From assembly GCF_963921235.1 (NCBI RefSeq), contig NC_086097.1, positions 235,602,001 to 235,666,000 of the forward strand: 64,000 nucleotides of DNA, in the 5' to 3' direction. Below, one piece after another: positions 62,254 through 64,000 of the stretch; within the stretch, counting starts at the first letter, position 1; every line of letters starts with the position of its first letter. This DNA is from Mobula hypostoma (Eukaryota). The notes under the pieces were generated by a model. The model was given only the letters and a program-made list of their open reading frames with translations, ran no database searches and was not told the origin of the DNA. A program made the position numbers and the translations under genes.

Positions 62254-63159
62254 CAAAGTGTATGTGAACTTCTGACTCACTGGAAAAGTGATGAAAGAAA
62301 TAAAAGCTGAAATAAATCATTCTCTGTACTATTTTTCTGACATTTCACATTCTTAAAATAGTGATCCTAACTGACCTAAGACAGGGAAAGTTTTCTAGGA
62401 TTAAATGTCGGGAATTGTGAAAAACTGAGTTTAAATGTATTTGGCTAAGGTGTGTATAACCTTCTGACTTCAACTGTACATGGCAAAGGGCTCTGCCAGC
62501 TAAGGAGGCATAACTATTGGTGCGTGCTTCCTTCTTGAATTTCTGTTGGAGAAATTGTGCCCATTAAAGACTCTGTTTTTCATTGCTCAACAATGGTCAA
62601 TTCTCAGATTCTGGAAGTTTTAGATCAATACAAATAAGGTAAAACATCTTTTGAAGGCAAGTGTTGGCATTTGTTGCTCACAGAAATTACAGCTTAATGC
62701 AAGGCTGTTTCTATTGTCAGCCACTAAATGAATTTCTATTCATCGGTGACCCAGAATGAAATAGGGAATGATCAGATTGAGAAATTGAGTATGATAACAA
62801 AAATGAAGGTAAAAACATCGAGGATACCTAATCAAAGTTGAGGCAGCTTGAATCCTCAACAGCTCGGTTTATGTGATTTGAAATTTACTTACTGCTTTTA
62901 AAAGAAAAACAGTAATGTTCTGTTTACAAAACAGAAGGACATTAATGAGGCAATGTATCCTTATGCTAACGTATGTGATATAATACTGCTAGAAGCCTGA
63001 AGAGATGAAGCAGATATAATAGGTACATTCAAGAAATACGCATATGGATAATGAAAAAATGGAGAGCTATCAGCATCAGGTTTACGATCATTGACAATAA
63101 AGCAGGAGTACAGTAGAAATAGATAAAATACAATAAACTACAATAAGAAGGGACCAGAA

Positions 63160-63720
63160 GGGATAAGAGCAGAATTAGGCCATTCAGCCCGTCAAGTCTG
63201 CTCCATCATTTCATCATGGCTGATCCATTTTCTTTCTCATTTCCATTCTCCTGCCTTCTCCCCAGAACCTATCACACCCTGACAAATCAAGAATCTATCA
63301 ATCTCGGCCTTAAGTACACCCAGTGACCTGACTTCCACAGCTGCCTGTGGCAAAGAATTCCTGAGGTTCAGTATCCTCTGGCTAAAGAAATTCATCCTCA
63401 TCTCCTTACTAAATGGACCTTCCCCCCCCCAATTCTGTCTCTCTGTGAAGGATAAGTCTTCACGTATATTTAAGGCGGAGTTTGATAAATTCTTGATTGG
63501 TCAGGGCCTGAAGGGATACCTGGGTAAGGCAGGAGATTGGGGCTCAGAGGAAAAATGGATCAGCCATGATGAAATGGCAGAGCAAATGATAGGCCCAATG
63601 GCCTAATTCTGCTCCTATATCTTATGGACTTATATAATAACCCTTTCATTTCCAGAGTCATTCTTGTAAACCTCCTCTGAACCTTCTCCACTGTTAGCAC
63701 ATCCTTTCTTAGATAAGAAT
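63160..63720. mobile_element. CR1 3' fragments in opposite orientations
   Basis: - strand 63160-63420, + strand 63445-63630, - strand 63640-63720. Confidence 0.75.
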
Positions 63721-63728
63721 GATACATG

Positions 63729-64000
63729 TGTCATGGTCGGGTCCGTGAAGTCCACGTTCCGGTTCACGGTCTGGTCTGTGGACTCCGGACTTCAGGTCTT
63801 CCGGCTATCCCTTGTTTCAGTTGGGTTTAATCATAGGCACCCGATGCTCATCTTGGGGCTGAGAATATAAGTGGCCCTGGGTTCACGTGTGGTTGCTGGT
63901 TCGTCTCATCAGTATCCTGTCCTTGCCTCCATGGAGTAAGTCAGGCCGTATTTGCCGTTACTCTGCGGTTAGATCAGTCCCTTCCTGTCCTTGCCTTGTT
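63729..64000 (+). mobile_element. Probable LTR start (runs off the window)
   Basis: Begins TGTCATG, is CpG-rich, and has TATAA at 63866-63870. Confidence 0.5.

Larger units (their letters stand above)
60626..62476 (+). mobile_element. Sleeping Beauty-like (salmonid-type) Tc1 transposon, rearranged
   Basis: TA|CAGTTGAAGTCAGAAGTTTACATACAC ... CTTCTGACTTCAACTG|TA; the right IR/DR (about 62255-62476) closely matches the recalled SB right IR. Confidence 0.92.

Noticed and set aside
1..64000. CRISPR arrays, operons, rRNA or genuine tRNA genes
   Set aside because: None seen. The short repeats are LINE tails and microsatellites, and the A/B boxes belong to SINE heads.

Overview
Eukaryotic, repeat-saturated vertebrate DNA, most likely from a cartilaginous fish (ray/shark): it carries V-SINE/HE1-type SINEs, abundant CR1 LINEs with short tandem-repeat tails, and Rex1/Babar, L2, RTE, Penelope-like (PLE), Gypsy-LTR, Tc1 and hAT elements. 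It looks like a large intron or gene-poor interval. No intact host CDS is recognisable; there are only a few candidate exons (2-106 and 4169-4238 on +). Almost all long ORFs in the track are transposon-derived. Highlights: (1) a recurrent minimal hammerhead-ribozyme motif (CTGANGAA-stemII-GAAAC-GTC) at PLE ends, in TSD-flanked fold-back insertions from about 0.2 to 1.4 kb; (2) a Tc1 element very close to Sleeping Beauty (transposase and IR/DR), with both ends built from the right-hand terminus; (3) a near-intact CR1 whose ORF2 is broken by only two nonsense codons; (4) a nested cluster at 14.8-21.7 kb, where one CR1 is split by PLE, CR1, Tc1 and Gypsy insertions that themselves contain CR1, HERO-like and PLE inserts. 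Family names come from recalled motifs, not database searches. Boundaries of old fragments are approximate.
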